Positions 13,278 through 26,209 of a DNA stretch of 64,000 bases are shown here, piece after piece (within the stretch, counting starts at the first letter, position 1; each line of letters starts with the position of its first letter). The notes under the pieces are model-generated. The model worked only from the letters and a program-made list of their open reading frames with translations. It was not told the DNA's origin and did not search any database. The translations under genes and the position numbers were made by a program. Source of the stretch: Eledone cirrhosa. Taxonomy: Eukaryota. The stretch covers positions 9,424,001 through 9,488,000 of the forward strand of contig OZ024753.1 of NCBI GenBank assembly GCA_964016885.1, written 5' to 3'.

Positions 13278-14399
13278 CATTTCTATATTAAATTTTGTTG
13301 TATACACTCTACTAATGTATTGAGTACCTTACTAACTGTGGTTACCCCCGATTGAACCCGGGACTCACATATATTATATATATATATATATATATACACA
13401 ATAATAATGGTTTCTTATATAGGCACAAGACCAGCAATTTTGGGGGAAGGGAAAGTCGATTAAATTGACCTCAGTGCGCAACTGGTACTTTATTTTATCG
13501 ACCCCGTAAGGATGAAAGGTATATATACAATAACAATGAATGCAAAGGTTAGATTTCCATAAGTCTGTTTATTATGTAATTTTCTACAAAGAGATGAAAG
13601 TCAAAGCTGACTTCCTCGGTGACATTTGAACTCAGAGGCTGCACAGAGCTGAAAGGAATACTGCAAAGTATTCTATCCAATGTTTTAACATCTCTGCCAG
13701 TTTGACACTTTCTACGCCCTAAAATCTTGGTTGATTCCTTACAGGAGACTTTTTTTCTTTTTTTTTTACATATATAAATATATTTTATTTGCCTTTGTAC
13801 TGCATAAATGTATTTTGTTAGAATTTGTAATTACATTTTCATTTGTAATACATTGAAATTGAAACAACAGGATTTTAAATTTCCAATAGTGAAACAGCTA
13901 ATGGTTTTAAATTCAAACAAAATATATTTACACACTTCAAATCCAAATTCAACCAAAGTATATTTATACACTTCAATTGCAAACAAAGTAATCATATACT
14001 AACCAACAACTGAATATAGTAATATACTAAACAACAACAACAAATTATAGTCGTACATTAAACAACAAAGTGCTGCAATTGTAAAACCCCCTTTTCAGTT
14101 TTTGTTTGAAAAAAATTATATATATATATATATATATATTTCTGAATCTTTGATGTTCAAAACATAAAAATTAGAGGACTGTTTTTACAAAACACCATAA
14201 TAAAAATGTTAGATTGTGGTTTAAAAAATCTTAGCTCAAATAAATAAATGCCTAAATTTGTAGAAAGAGTAGTGTAGTTGATTGAACCATACTATATGAC
14301 TGGTATATATTTTAGTGACCGGGGGGGGGGGGGGAATAAAAGATTAAAGTTGTTTCCAAATGGAATTTGTATTTAGAGAGAAATGAGGCAAGCATACTT

Positions 14400-15290
14400 C
14401 AAAGGATGTGCAATATTGTGTGAGGATGATAAAGTACACATGAACTGAGAGAGAAACTAGGTATAAGAAGCATCAAATGTAGTGTGCAGAAGAGGAGACT
14501 GCATTGGTATGGACATGTGATGTGCATAGATGATGAATGCTGTAAATGTATTATCGACTTAGCTTGCCAAGAGATTACAGTTATAATAGTCAGTAAATAA
14601 AAAGAAATGAAGCAACTCTGCTTCATTGGATGTGCAATGTAAGTGTGAGAGAAAGACAGAGCTTGGATGAGCTGAGGAAGAAGCTGGGTTTAAGAGGAAT
14701 TTGAGGTGGTGTGAAAGTGAGAAGACTGCATTGATATGGACATGTGCTGTGCATGGATGTTGATCAATGGGTGAAGAAGTGTCAAGAAATCCCAGAAGAA
14801 GGAAGCTGCAGTAGAGGTAGACCAAAGAAGAACTGGGCAGAGGTGTTGAGAGCTGATCTCAAATTGTTGAAACTCACAGAGTAGATGATGAACAGAACAA
14901 AAGTGGCAAGTGGAGAGAAGTTGTGCTGAGAAAGACCTAGCCAACCCATGCAAGCATGGAAAAACAGCCGCAAAAATAATGATAATGACGATGATGATGA
15001 TGATGATAAAAGACATTTGCTGATTAGATGTAATCTGGAAAAGATATTTGACAGGGTACCATACTCTATAGTTTGGTGGTCTTTAACAACATTAGATGTA
15101 AATAAATGACTTGTGAGAATGAGGAAAGCCATGTACAGAGACACCATCAGCAAAGTTAGCAATAAATTCAGTAAAAATTTAGTGTGAAGGTAACTGTTCA
15201 TCAAGATTTAGTCTCCAGCCACCTGCTGTCTTGTTTTTTATAGTTCTACAGGTCATTAGAAATGAGATGAAGACTGATTGTACATGGAAA
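14400..15290 (+). mobile_element. Degenerate RTE fragments (3' ends with (GAT)n tail, then an RT-domain piece)
   Basis: RRLHWYGHV-like and LEKIFDRVPYSIVWWSL-like remnants with stops and frameshifts. Confidence 0.75.
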
Positions 15291-15471
15291 CACCTGTATC
15301 CAGATTTTAAGACTGATTGTCCATAGAAACACCTATATCCAGATAATGAAATCTGTGGAAAATCTAAAGGAGAAATTCCATATGTGGACACAAAAGCTAG
15401 AATTGAAAAAAAACTTATCAAAAGAAGATTTAGTAAATATTCTCCATACTTAGGAACCACCTTTAATAAAA

Positions 15472-16092
15472 TTTCCATTTTGTCTGAGTGTCAGTGAAGC
15501 TAAATGTACTAGAGTTCTTAGTAATCACACTTAATAAATAACACTTCCATTTTGTCTGAATGTCAATGAAGCTAAGTGTACCAGTATCTTTAGTAACCAC
15601 ACTTACTAACACTTCCATTTTGTCTAAGTGTCAGGGAAGCTAAGTGTACCAGAGTTCTTAGTAACCACACTTAACAACCACACTTACTAACACTTCCATT
15701 TTGTCTGAATGTCAGTGAAGCTAAGTGTACCAGTATCTTTAGTAACCACACTTACTAACACTTCCATTTTGTCTAAGTGTCAGGGAAGCTAAGTGTACCA
15801 GTGTCTTTAGTAACCACCCTTACTAACACTTCCATTTTGTCTGAGTATCAGTGAAGCTAAGTTTACCAGTGTCTTTAGTAACCACACTTACTAACACTTC
15901 CATTTTGTTTGAGTATCAGTGAAGCTAAGTTTACCAGTGTCTTTAGTAACCACACTTACTAACACTTCCATTTTGTCTGAGTATCAGTGAAGCTAAGTTT
16001 ACCAGGGTCTTTAGTAACCACACTTACTAACACTTCCATTTTGTCTGAGTGTCAGTGAGGTTATTGTATCAGTCTTTAGTAATCACCTTTAA
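15472..16092. repeat. 68-bp minisatellite, about 9 copies
   Basis: TTCCATTTTGTCTGAGTATCAGTGAAGCTAAG... at 15830, 15898 etc. Confidence 0.9.
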
Positions 16093-16540
16093 CCCTTTAT
16101 TATTTAAATTACTCTATATTTCCTATTGCATTTTTGCAGTAAAGGTTTTACCTAGCATAATCATCTCACATAATATGGAATCTATGAGATTTTGATTTAT
16201 TTTGGTTTATTTTGAGAACAATGCCTTAATATTTCCATTTCTTCTGAGAGTCAGTGAGGCTAAGTGTACTAGACTCAATCCTGACACACTTCTCTTTAAC
16301 ATTGTCTTAATTCACACTGACACACTGCCTTTCTATCTGAAACACACCATGCTTCTTATCTTCATGTTGAAAAATATAAATGTAGAAATTACAATGAGGT
16401 GTATGTCACAGATATTTATTTCATAACAAAACAAACATAAAATAACAATAGAAAGCAAATTGGTTGGAATTTTATCACTGATATATATAAATAAATATAT
16501 ATTTTATCATTACACATTATATATATATATATATATATAT

Positions 16541-17037
16541 ATAATAAGAACAAAGTGAAGATGTTATATAGGTGATTCATTGCTCAATCCTGGTTACAAA
16601 TGTTTCTCAGGCAGCTGGTTCCTGATCTAGGATGGCACCGCCAGACCAAACATCAGGTCAGCCTGATCCTCAGATCAGTGTTAACACAACTAAAATCACA
16701 TCAAATCTGTGGACGAACCAGCAAAAACACATTACAAGAAAAAAAATGTTATAAACAAAAACAAAATCAACATTAATGTTTTTTTTTCTTGTAATGCTCG
16801 GGATAGGTGCGTCCGTTGAATTCTAGGCCTGTGTTTGGCCATTCTATATGGTTGTTTGTGTTTTTGCTGGTTTGCCCATAGATTTGATGTGATTTTTGTT
16901 GTGTTAACACTGATCTGAGGATCAGGCAGTCTTAGAATCTTGTCTGTGAGTGCCATCCCAGATCACAAGCCAGCTTTTTGGGAAACATTTGTAACCAGGA
17001 TAGAGCAGTAAATCTCTCCACTTTGTTCTTATTATAT
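16541..17037. mobile_element. Fold-back (inverted repeat) Penelope-like pLTR derivative with two hammerhead motifs
   Basis: Arms at about 16541-16731 and 16857-17037 are reverse complements; left arm abuts (TA)n. Confidence 0.7.
16590..16678 (-). ncRNA. Hammerhead ribozyme motif with extended stem II (family H); inverted partner at 16910-16998 (+)
   Basis: CTGAT-CTGAGGA-TCAGGC...GCCTGA-GAAA-CATTTG-TA-ACCAG. Confidence 0.6.
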
Positions 17038-17109
17038 ACACTCTGCTCTGCATCGAGTGGTGACTTTGTTTCTCTCACCAGTTTTCTTCGGATTTACTGA
17101 ACTTTCTGC

Positions 17110-17170
<61 letters not shown>

Positions 17171-17208
17171 TATTATCACTGAAATATATATATATATATA
17201 TTTTTTAT

Positions 17209-17435
17209 TCAACAAAATGTTTCCATTTCTTGTAGCTTCGATTCAGTTGTCGAATCTAAAACAAAACTTCGTAACATCGCAATTTCCATAGGGTGCATGT
17301 TACCAGGAATAACAAGAGAATGAAGTGGTGGCCCCATATCCGTTTCTGCTAGCCGCTCTAATGGAGCCACAAGAATTTTCTGTTGATCAGATCCAACTTT
17401 CGTGAGACCAACACAAATGGTATCTTTAGTAAATG
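17209..17435 (-). CDS. DPH5: Last coding exon of diphthine methyl ester synthase
   Basis: AG acceptor at 17437-36 preceded by a T-rich tract. Encodes FTKDTICVGLTKVGSDQQKILVAPLERLAETDMGPPLHSLVIPGNMHPMEIAMLRSF...FC*, which matches the DPH5 C-terminal motifs CVGLARVG..DQKI and DLGEPLHSL..HPME. AATAAA overlaps the TGA. Confidence 0.9.
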
Positions 17436-17497
17436 CTAGAAATTAAAAGAAAAAAATGTTATAAAACACAATTAGATTAAAATTATTAGCACACATA

Positions 17498-18000
17498 CAA
17501 GGGTAGGCTGAAAAGTTCATAGGCTGACTGGAAAGGAGTGATGCTAGAGCTGTGAAATCTTGCATGCATTAATTTCAACTTTTCTTAATAATAACTGCAT
17601 GATTTCTTTCCGGGGATTATGTTGCAAAATAAACATCATTTGGTCATACCATAAGAGTATCTTGGTCATTGGCTGACTGTGAAGGAGTGATGCTAGAGCT
17701 GTGAAATATTGCATGCATTAATTTTAACTCTTCTTATTTATAACTGCATTATTTCTTTCCGGGGACTATGTTGAAAAATAAACCTCATTTGGTCATACCA
17801 TGAGAGTATCTTGGTCATAGGCTGATTATGAAGGAGTGATGCTAGAGCTGTGAAATCTTGCATGCATTCATTTCAACTCTTCTTATTAATAACTGCATTA
17901 TTTCTTTCAAGGGACTATGTTAAAAAATAAACCTCATTTGATTATTCCATGAGAGTATCTTGGTCATGGTTAACTTATGAACTTTTTCAGCTGACCCTTG
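17498..18000. mobile_element. mariner-type MITE with TA TSD and three ~150-bp internal tandem repeats; partial copies at 49575-50090 and 62900-63020
   Basis: TIR ta-CAAGGGTAGGCTGAAAAGTTCATA ... TATGAACTTTTTCAGCTGACCCTTG-ta. Confidence 0.8.
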
Positions 18001-18063
18001 TACATGTAATTAGTAAAAATAAAACAATTATTAATATTATCATTAATATGGCCAATAAAGAAA

Positions 18064-18100
<37 letters not shown>

Positions 18101-18465
18101 CATCATTATTCAGTGAGATGTACTGTTGCATTGTGGGTAAAAACAATTGTTTTTGCCATGGTGTTAGGGTGGGGACTGTTTCAATTACCAGAACAGGTCA
18201 ATATTGTCAGACAACAAGAGAGACCAATGAAATTAAAGAAACCAACACACAAAAAATACAAAGATGAAAAAAAAACAATAATAATTTTCATGGGCATGTG
18301 GTCGAGGAGTTCTCATCTGAATCCCATGGTGCCGGGTTCAATCACACTGTGGGCCACACATTCTACAATATCCTATGGCTCACTAAAAGCCATTGGAGTG
18401 AAATTTGGCAGACAGAAACTGTTTGGAAGCCCGCCCACTGGATGGATGAATATATATATGTACAT

Positions 18466-18510
<45 letters not shown>

Positions 18511-18515
18511 TACAT

Positions 18516-18552
<37 letters not shown>

Positions 18553-18553
<1 letters not shown>

Positions 18554-18963
18554 GTAGGAGGTGAGTTTTATTGTAGTACAATAAAGCAATGCAGATATCG
18601 GATAAGAAGCACTCTACAGTTTGTAGGACTGGAGTATACATAATATAAGATCAAAAGATGGTTAAAGGAGTTCCATGTATTTTATTATGCGCATTTCAAA
18701 AACAAACATCATCATGCAATAATATGTGTTTTCATCAGATAAAACAGGAGAACATGATATGAAGGCTAAAAAACACTTGTGGATAGTGCACTTGTGGATA
18801 TGTTGATTTAAAACTGCACTATCCACAAGTGTTTTTTAGCCTTCATATCATGTTCTGTTTTATCTGATGAAAACACAAATATTATTGCATGATGATGTTT
18901 GTTTTTGAAATGCGCATAATAAAATACATGGAACTCCTTTAACCATCTTTTGATCTTATATTA
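18553..18963. mobile_element. Penelope-like pLTR fold-back element (family A) in (TA)n
   Basis: ~150-bp inverted arms 18641-18790 / 18814-18963, each containing a hammerhead. Terminal extension shared with 43355-43450 and 59584-59670. Confidence 0.8.
18858..18924 (+). ncRNA. Minimal type I hammerhead ribozyme (family A); inverted partner at 18680-18744 (-)
   Basis: TTTTAT-CTGATGA-stem II-GAAA-TGCGCA-TA-ATAAAA: 6-bp stem I, palindromic stem III, AUA triplet. Confidence 0.8.
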
Positions 18964-18982
18964 TATATATATATATATACAT

Positions 18983-19013
<31 letters not shown>

Positions 19014-19016
19014 CAT

Positions 19017-19065
<49 letters not shown>

Positions 19066-19074
19066 TATACATAT

Positions 19075-19107
<33 letters not shown>

Positions 19108-19201
19108 CATACACACACACACACATATATATATGTACATACACACACACAAATATATATATATATATAGACATATACTATACTCACACACACACACACA
19201 T

Positions 19202-19239
<38 letters not shown>

Positions 19240-19241
<2 letters not shown>

Positions 19242-19432
19242 GAGTGAGTTCTGGGCTCAATCGGGGGTAAGTAAGGTACTCAATACATTACTAGAGTGTA
19301 AACATCAGGTTTAATATAGAAATGGCTTCTACATGACTAGAACTGTTTCATTCAAAATGCACAACAAGGAACTGTTTCATTCATTTGAATGAAACAGTTC
19401 TAGTCCTGTAGAAGCCATTTCTATATTAAACA

Positions 19433-19471
<39 letters not shown>

Positions 19472-19615
19472 ATAGAAGCTTCCTGAAGATTTCATCTGAA
19501 TGAAACAGTACTAGTCCTGTAGAAGCTCTTTCTATAAAATAAAAACATTTTACTCTGCCTTGTATTGAGTACCTTACTTACTGTGGTTATCCCCGACTCA
19601 ACCCGGGACCTACGT
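19240..19615. mobile_element. Family E hammerhead-bearing elements (fold-back 19310-19435; complete motif 19477-19527, +)
   Basis: AGCTTC-CTGAAGA-..-GAAA-CAGTACTAGTCCTG-TA-GAAGCT; flanked by (TA)n. Confidence 0.7.
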
Positions 19616-20045
19616 ATATATATATATATATATATATAAACATACTTCCACATATTAGCATGTGATGAATCATCTGATATTTTTGACAGTGAACATTCAG
19701 TGGTTTGATAAATTGAATATCTTACTCTTTAAAGTAGTCTATAGATGGCTGAGTATTCCACAGACACATGTGCCATTAACATAATTCTTTGGCAGGATCA
19801 GTGGGAGACAAAGTGACAAGACTGATACTTTGAAATTACAGGCACAATCAATCCCACAGACTTCTACACAATCACCGTCTACCAAATTCCACAAACAGGT
19901 CTGGATTGACCCAAGGTTAGAGTAAAAGACATTTGCCCAAGATGTCACACAGTAAGATGGAGCCCGGTACTTCATGATTACAAAACCCTCTTCTTGAACT
20001 TGCCTGCCTCCATTAAGTTTTCAATGCTTATATATATATATTTAC

Positions 20046-20092
<47 letters not shown>

Positions 20093-20093
20093 C

Positions 20094-20145
<52 letters not shown>

Positions 20146-20146
20146 T

Positions 20147-20178
<32 letters not shown>

Positions 20179-20234
20179 AATATACATATGTAAATATATA
20201 TTTACATATGTGTATATATATATATATATATATT

Positions 20235-20290
<56 letters not shown>

Positions 20291-20813
20291 CATATGTGTG
20301 TATATATATATATGTATATGTATATATACACATATGTATATATACATATATATATGTATATATATACACACACATATATATATATATAAGCAAGGAGTGA
20401 CAAAGTCAGAAGTAGAGCAATGAAGAAAAATACCTTGTGGTATTTGGCTACATCCCTTTATATTTTGGTTACGTCCCTTTATGTTTGGGTAGATTTTGTT
20501 TTTCCTCCTTCTCCAAGGTTGGTAAAATAAGTACCAGAAAAAGTAATTCGGTCGATAGTATCGACGAAAAGCCTTGGCTGAGTTACCGCAGCAGGGCTGT
20601 AATCCAATTACTGAAACCAGTAAAAGAATAGAAGAATACAAAGTGATATAAGCTGTTTCAATAGAAATAAAACTGGAGAATGAGTCGAGAAATTTGGGCA
20701 TTGAAACCCTGTCATTGTTGCAAACTGTGAATATGTGTAAATAATTATGATAACCATATAATTAATCTTTAGCATGCTAGATGATTTTATGAATTACTTC
20801 CCTTTACACTGCA

Positions 20814-21238
20814 TTATCTATTAAGGGGAGGCGGTGGATTGGCAGTATCAGTAGAGGGTCGGACGTCATGCTTTCCACCATAGTTACGTCCCTTTACGAT
20901 CCGAGTTCAAATCCCGCCGAGGTTGACTTCGCCTTTCATCCTTACGGGGGTCGATAAAATAAAGTACCAGTAATGCACTGGGAAATTTGCTGGCCTTGTG
21001 CCTAAAGTAGAAACAATTATCTATTAAGGGGAGGCGGTGGATTGGCAGTATCAGTAGAGGGTCGGACGTCATGCTTTCCACCATAGTTACGTCCCTTTAC
21101 GATCCGAGTTCAAATCCCGCCGAGGTTGACTTTGCCTTTCATCCTTACGGGGGTCGATAAAATAAAGTACCAGTAATGCACTGGGAAATTTGCTGGCCTT
21201 GTGCCTAAAGTAGAAACAATTATCTATTAAGGGGAGGC
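20814..21238 (+). mobile_element. Tandem duplication (203-bp period) of a Nin-domain tRNA SINE
   Basis: A box TGGCAGTATCAG, B box GAGTTCAAATCC; TTATCTATTAAGGGGAGGC occurs at 20814, 21017 and 21220. Confidence 0.9.
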
Positions 21239-21346
21239 TATTCTAACGGCGACTTAACTTTTTAACATTTATATTACTCTATATATATTATTGTACTTTC
21301 ATGGTAAAGGCTTTACCTCACATAATATATAAGAACCTTACATTAA

Positions 21347-21763
21347 CCCTTTAGCATTTAAACCGGCCATTTCTGGCCAGAATTCTTTCACCTCTTTTTG
21401 CTAAAACTGGCTGTAACCGGCCACTCGTACTTATATTAAGGTATTGTTCTCAAAATGAATAATATCAAAATCTCATAGATTCAATATTATGTGAGATAAA
21501 GCCTTTACCATGAAAATACAATAGTATATATAGGGTAACGTGAATGTTAAAGGGTTAACCCTTTAACATTCACGTTACTCTATACATACCATTGTATTTT
21601 CACAGTAAAGGCTTTATCTCACATAATATTGAATCTTTGAGATTTTGATATTTATTTTAAGAAAAATACCTTAACATAAGTATGAGCAGCCAATTATGGC
21701 TGGTTTGAACAGAAAAAGGTGAGAGAATTCTGGCCAGATATGGCCGGTTTAAATGCTAAAGGG
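21347..21763. mobile_element. Two piggyBac-type MITEs in inverted orientation sharing one TTAA
   Basis: TTAA-CCCTTT...AAAGGG-TTAA-CCCTTT...AAAGGG-TTAA (TTAA at 21343, 21555, 21764). Other copies near 10030, 16090, 25250-25617, 38850-39372, 40610-40837, 51840, 55865. Confidence 0.85.
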
Positions 21764-23180
21764 TTAATGTGCCCAGAGTGTCCAGAGGGTTAAAGAATGT
21801 TTGCTGCCCAATAATCCTTGCTCTTTCCCCCTTTTTTCTCTCATTTATAGCATTTATAGTCCTTTCTTATACTACTTTCTTTTTCTATATGTTTGACTAA
21901 TATTAAATCCTTTATTAATTTTATGTAATGTAATTTTATCCTAGGAATATATTTGAACATTTTGATATAAAATGATTATTATAATTGAAAAAGAAAAAAA
22001 AACTTAAGAATTAGAGAGTTTACTGTGGGCACCCCTCTCTCGGTGATCCCTAAATTAATCTCACTGTGTGGTATATTAGGTAAGTATCTTCTACAATAGA
22101 ATTGGGTTGACTTCTTTGTGAATGAAATTTCATATAAAAAATCATTTTGGAACCCAGTTTCTCAAACAAATAATATATCTTTGTTTAATGATAAAGGTTT
22201 CTGATTTAGGCATGAAGCCAGCAATTTCGGGGGGGAAGGGAAAGTTGATTAAATCAACTGCCGTATGTTACAGGTGCTTTATTTTATCAACCCCATAAGG
22301 ATGAAAGGCAAAGCTACCCTTGGGAGGATTTGGACACAGACAATAAAGCACACTACTCTTTATATATATATATATATAAACTTTAATATTGATTTCTAGT
22401 ATAGGTACAAGGCCTGTAATTTTGGGGGAAGGGAAAGTCGATTAAATTGACCCCAGTATGTTAGAGGTGCTTTATTTTATCGACCCCATAAGGATGAAAA
22501 GTAAAGTTAACTTTGGAGGGATTTGAACTCATATTAAAGCACACTACTATATATATATATATGTACATATATAGCCAGGTGGTGCTATTAAGTTAGACAT
22601 GGCATGGGCCAATACTGGCCAAAAGTTATCAAAGTTATATATATATAACTTTAATAATTGTTTCTATTTTTGGCACAAGGCCAGCAATTACCCAGTACAT
22701 ATAACAGTGTGACTATTATTATACTTAACAAGAAGGTTTAAATCTCAATCCAATGGGGTCCATGTAGAGCTGATATATAAAGAATAATTGTTTCTACTTT
22801 TGGCACAAGGCCAGCAATTATCCCAGTGCATTATTGGTACTTTATTTTATCGACCCCGTAAGGATGAAAGGCAAAGTTAACCTTAGAGGGATTTGAACTC
22901 AGGTCATAAAAGGTCATAAAAACACTAAAGAGTCAATCTGTTGTCAAACTAACACACGTTTCAACTGATAGATACTGATGAAACCGATTTTGAGCCTATT
23001 TCTGATGATGAAGTATAAAATCATAATAGAACCTTAGATAAAAACTCTTTCTTCTTAAGAAAATTCTAAGATTCCTGATTTTATAATCCCATATCCTTGG
23101 GATGGATCTCTATCAGTTGAAACGTGTTAGTTTGACAACATATCAACTCTTTGAGGTTTATTATTCTTTATATATATATA

Positions 23181-23372
23181 AGGGCGGTGAATTGGCAGTG
23201 TCGGTAGAGGGTTGGACGCCATGCTTTCTAGCATAGTTACGTCCCTTTACGGACTGAGTTCAAATCCCGCCGAGGTTAACTTTGCCTTTCATCCTTACGG
23301 GGTCGATAAAATAAAGTACCAGTAATGCACTGGGTAATTGCTGGCCTTGTGCCTAAAGTAGAAACAATTATT
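23181..23372 (+). mobile_element. Full tRNA-derived Nin-domain SINE (representative). Further copies near 13400, 22190, 22385, 22785, 23797, 25740, 25940, 27065, 28295, 35580, 37460, 51250, 58306, 63316, 63490
   Basis: A box TGGCAGTGTCGG, B box GAGTTCAAATCC, core GCCTTTCATCCTTACGGGGTCGATAAAATAAAGTACCAG, tail TGGCCTTGTGCCTAAAGTAGAAACAATTA. Confidence 0.85.
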
Positions 23373-23492
23373 CTTTATATATATATATACATGTATGTAT
23401 ATATAGTCTATCAAAGTTCTTTCGTCACACATCTGCGACATCATCAGTTGTACTATTATATTTCCTCCTGTTGTGTTGTATATATATGTATG

Positions 23493-23536
<44 letters not shown>

Positions 23537-23632
23537 AGATGTCAACATGAATGGACCTGTTATTTTTATCTAAAGACATTTTTTCCAATTCCATCCCGCC
23601 CGTCCCCTCAATCTATTTTATTTCTCATTCCT

Positions 23633-23668
23633 TCTTCTGATGAAGGACTAGCGTCTGAAACGTTAAGA
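23633..23668 (+). ncRNA. Minimal hammerhead ribozyme (family D); copies at 32853-32886 and degenerate at 11856-11893
   Basis: TCTT-CTGATGA-AGGACTAGCGTCT-GAAA-CG-TT-AAGA; stem III reduced to the palindrome AACGTT. Confidence 0.7.
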
Positions 23669-23752
23669 CCCTCTTCCTGCTATATCAAGCGTTAACCTAA
23701 TATATACCATCCATATACTGTACCGATTGTGTTGTTATTTCTGTTTACCTTT

Positions 23753-23799
<47 letters not shown>

Positions 23800-26209
23800 G
23801 TTTCTACTTTTGGCACAAGGCCAGCAATTATCCCAGTGTATTACTGGTACTTTATTTTATCGACCCCGTAAGGATGAAAGGCAAAGTTACCCTCGACGGG
23901 ATTTGAACTCAGTCCGTAAAGGGACGTAACTGTGCTGCAAAGCATGGTGTCCGACCCTCTACCGATACTGCTAAAGAGTAGTGTGCTCATGTGGGGAGAT
24001 GCTATAAAAGAGCTTATAAAATAGGGTGAAGACGTTTTGAGATGGAAAAAGAAGTTGCCATTGGCTGCTGCAATGAATAAAACCTCATATCTCCCAGGGA
24101 GGGATAATATTGAGTGGTTTATTGCTACTACTATTTACATTCAAGGTGAGTTGAGCAGTGAAGTAAATATTTTTATATTTTTACATTCTAGAAAACTGTG
24201 TCCCAAGAGATTAAACTAGAACTGATATCACACCAGGCCTATATCTAGATCTATATCATTATATTGGAATTCTAAAATCCCGGAGAGCTCAATTTGCTGG
24301 CCACTGTCACCGTGCCAGCAATGAAATCATATCTGCTCTCTTGCTCTGGAACACTGACTCCAGCCTGACTAGGAGTAGGAAGCTGTCATTCCCTGACGTT
24401 ATCTCTAGGGATACGGGAATCAGTAGACAGGACCTGGGGGCAGCGATGGGGGACAGGGAATTCTGGGGCATGAGAGTGAGATCCATCATCTCGACAGTAG
24501 TCGACGAGTGATGATGATGATGATATTGGAATTGGTAAAGATCAATCACACCAGGTCTGTATTGGAACCTTTGTCATTACTCTAAAACAGTTAAAGACTA
24601 CACCATGTCTGTACTGTGATCACTGCGATTACTCTGGAACTGATAAAGATTATACCAGGTTTACAATGGGATCAATTCTATTGATAGCATCCCTTAACTT
24701 TACAAAAGTGTGGTCTGAGCTCTGATTTCTGTTCACTTTTATTCATTTTGACTAATCTGTTCACTTTTCATTGACTCTTAACATCCTGTACCATGTGAAG
24801 CCACATTAGCAAGACATTGATTGCATCATATTTATTATTGCATCATATGATTGCATCATATTTATTATTACAAATTTACACATTGGTCTTGTGGAGGTAC
24901 ATGGGCTTGTGATAAGGGTGTTGGACATACGATCAAAATGTAATGGGTTCAATTGCTGGACTGGGTTGTGTGTTGTGTTCTTGAGCAAAACACTTCATTT
25001 CACATTGCTCCAGTATACTCAGCTGAAAATGAGTACCAGCAATAGTTGGGGTTTAACCCTGCGATCACCAGGCATCCTGTCCAGGGGAGAGTCTTGTACT
25101 CTCAGTCGCTTAATGCCATGGAAACCAGGATAAACCTAGATGAGTTTCAGGGCTTGAAACAGACTTAAGACACATTGGTCTGTCAACTAGTAAAGATACT
25201 ACAACCCTTTAAATTATCAAACTCATTTTTTTACATAGGATATTAAACTATTGTATTTTCACAATAAACACTTTATTTCAGATAATTATCTCACATAATA
25301 TCAAATCTATGAGATTTTATCTCACATAATATCGAATTTATGAGATTTTGATATTATTTATTTTCAGAACAATACCTCACTGTAAATGAGGTTGGTGATA
25401 GTTGTAACAATCAAACCAAAATCAGTTCTGTATGAGCAAGACATGGTCACTTGACCTGGCATTGCCTAAAACAGGGCAACCCGTCTAACCCATGCTAGCG
25501 TGGAAGAATGGACGTAAAACAGTGATGATGGTGAGCAGCCAGTTACAGCCAGTTTAAACAGAAAGAGGTGAGAGAGCTCTGGTCGGATATGGCCAGTTTA
25601 AATGCTAAAGGGTTAATGTGTCTTTATTGTTATTGTTCCACCCACATTGCTCCTCAATAAAACCCCAAATTGATCTTTGCTGTTGTCCTATGTGTTGTAT
25701 TCTTGTACTCTCCCCCCAATATTTGGGCCCTTATAGTTAATAATGGTTTCTGGTTTAGGTACAAGGCCAGCAATTACCCCAGTGAATTACTGGTACTTTA
25801 TTTTATCGACCCCCGTAAGGATGAAAGGCAAAGTAAACCTCGGCGGGATTTGAACTCAGACCGTAAAGGGCCGTAACTATGCCGGAAAGCATGGCGTCTG
25901 ACTCTCTACCGATACTGCCAATTCACCGCCCTTGTAGCTAATAATGGTTTCTGGTTTAGGTACAAGACCAACCATTTTGAGGGAGAGAGAAGTTGATTGA
26001 ATCAACCCCAGTGTATTACTGGTACTTTATTTTATTGACCCAGTAAAGATGAAAGGCAAAGTTAACCTCGGTGGGATTTGAACTCAGAATGTAAAGGGAT
26101 GTAACTATATGCCACAAAGCATATTGTCGGATGCTCTACCGATGCTGCCATTCCACCACCCTAGTGTAGTTAATAGTAGAAATTAATATCATTATCACCA
26201 TCATCATCT

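Noticed and set aside
19660-19720. Possible C/D snoRNA (GTGATGA...CTGA)
   Set aside because: No terminal D box or closing stem, and antisense to the presumed host gene.
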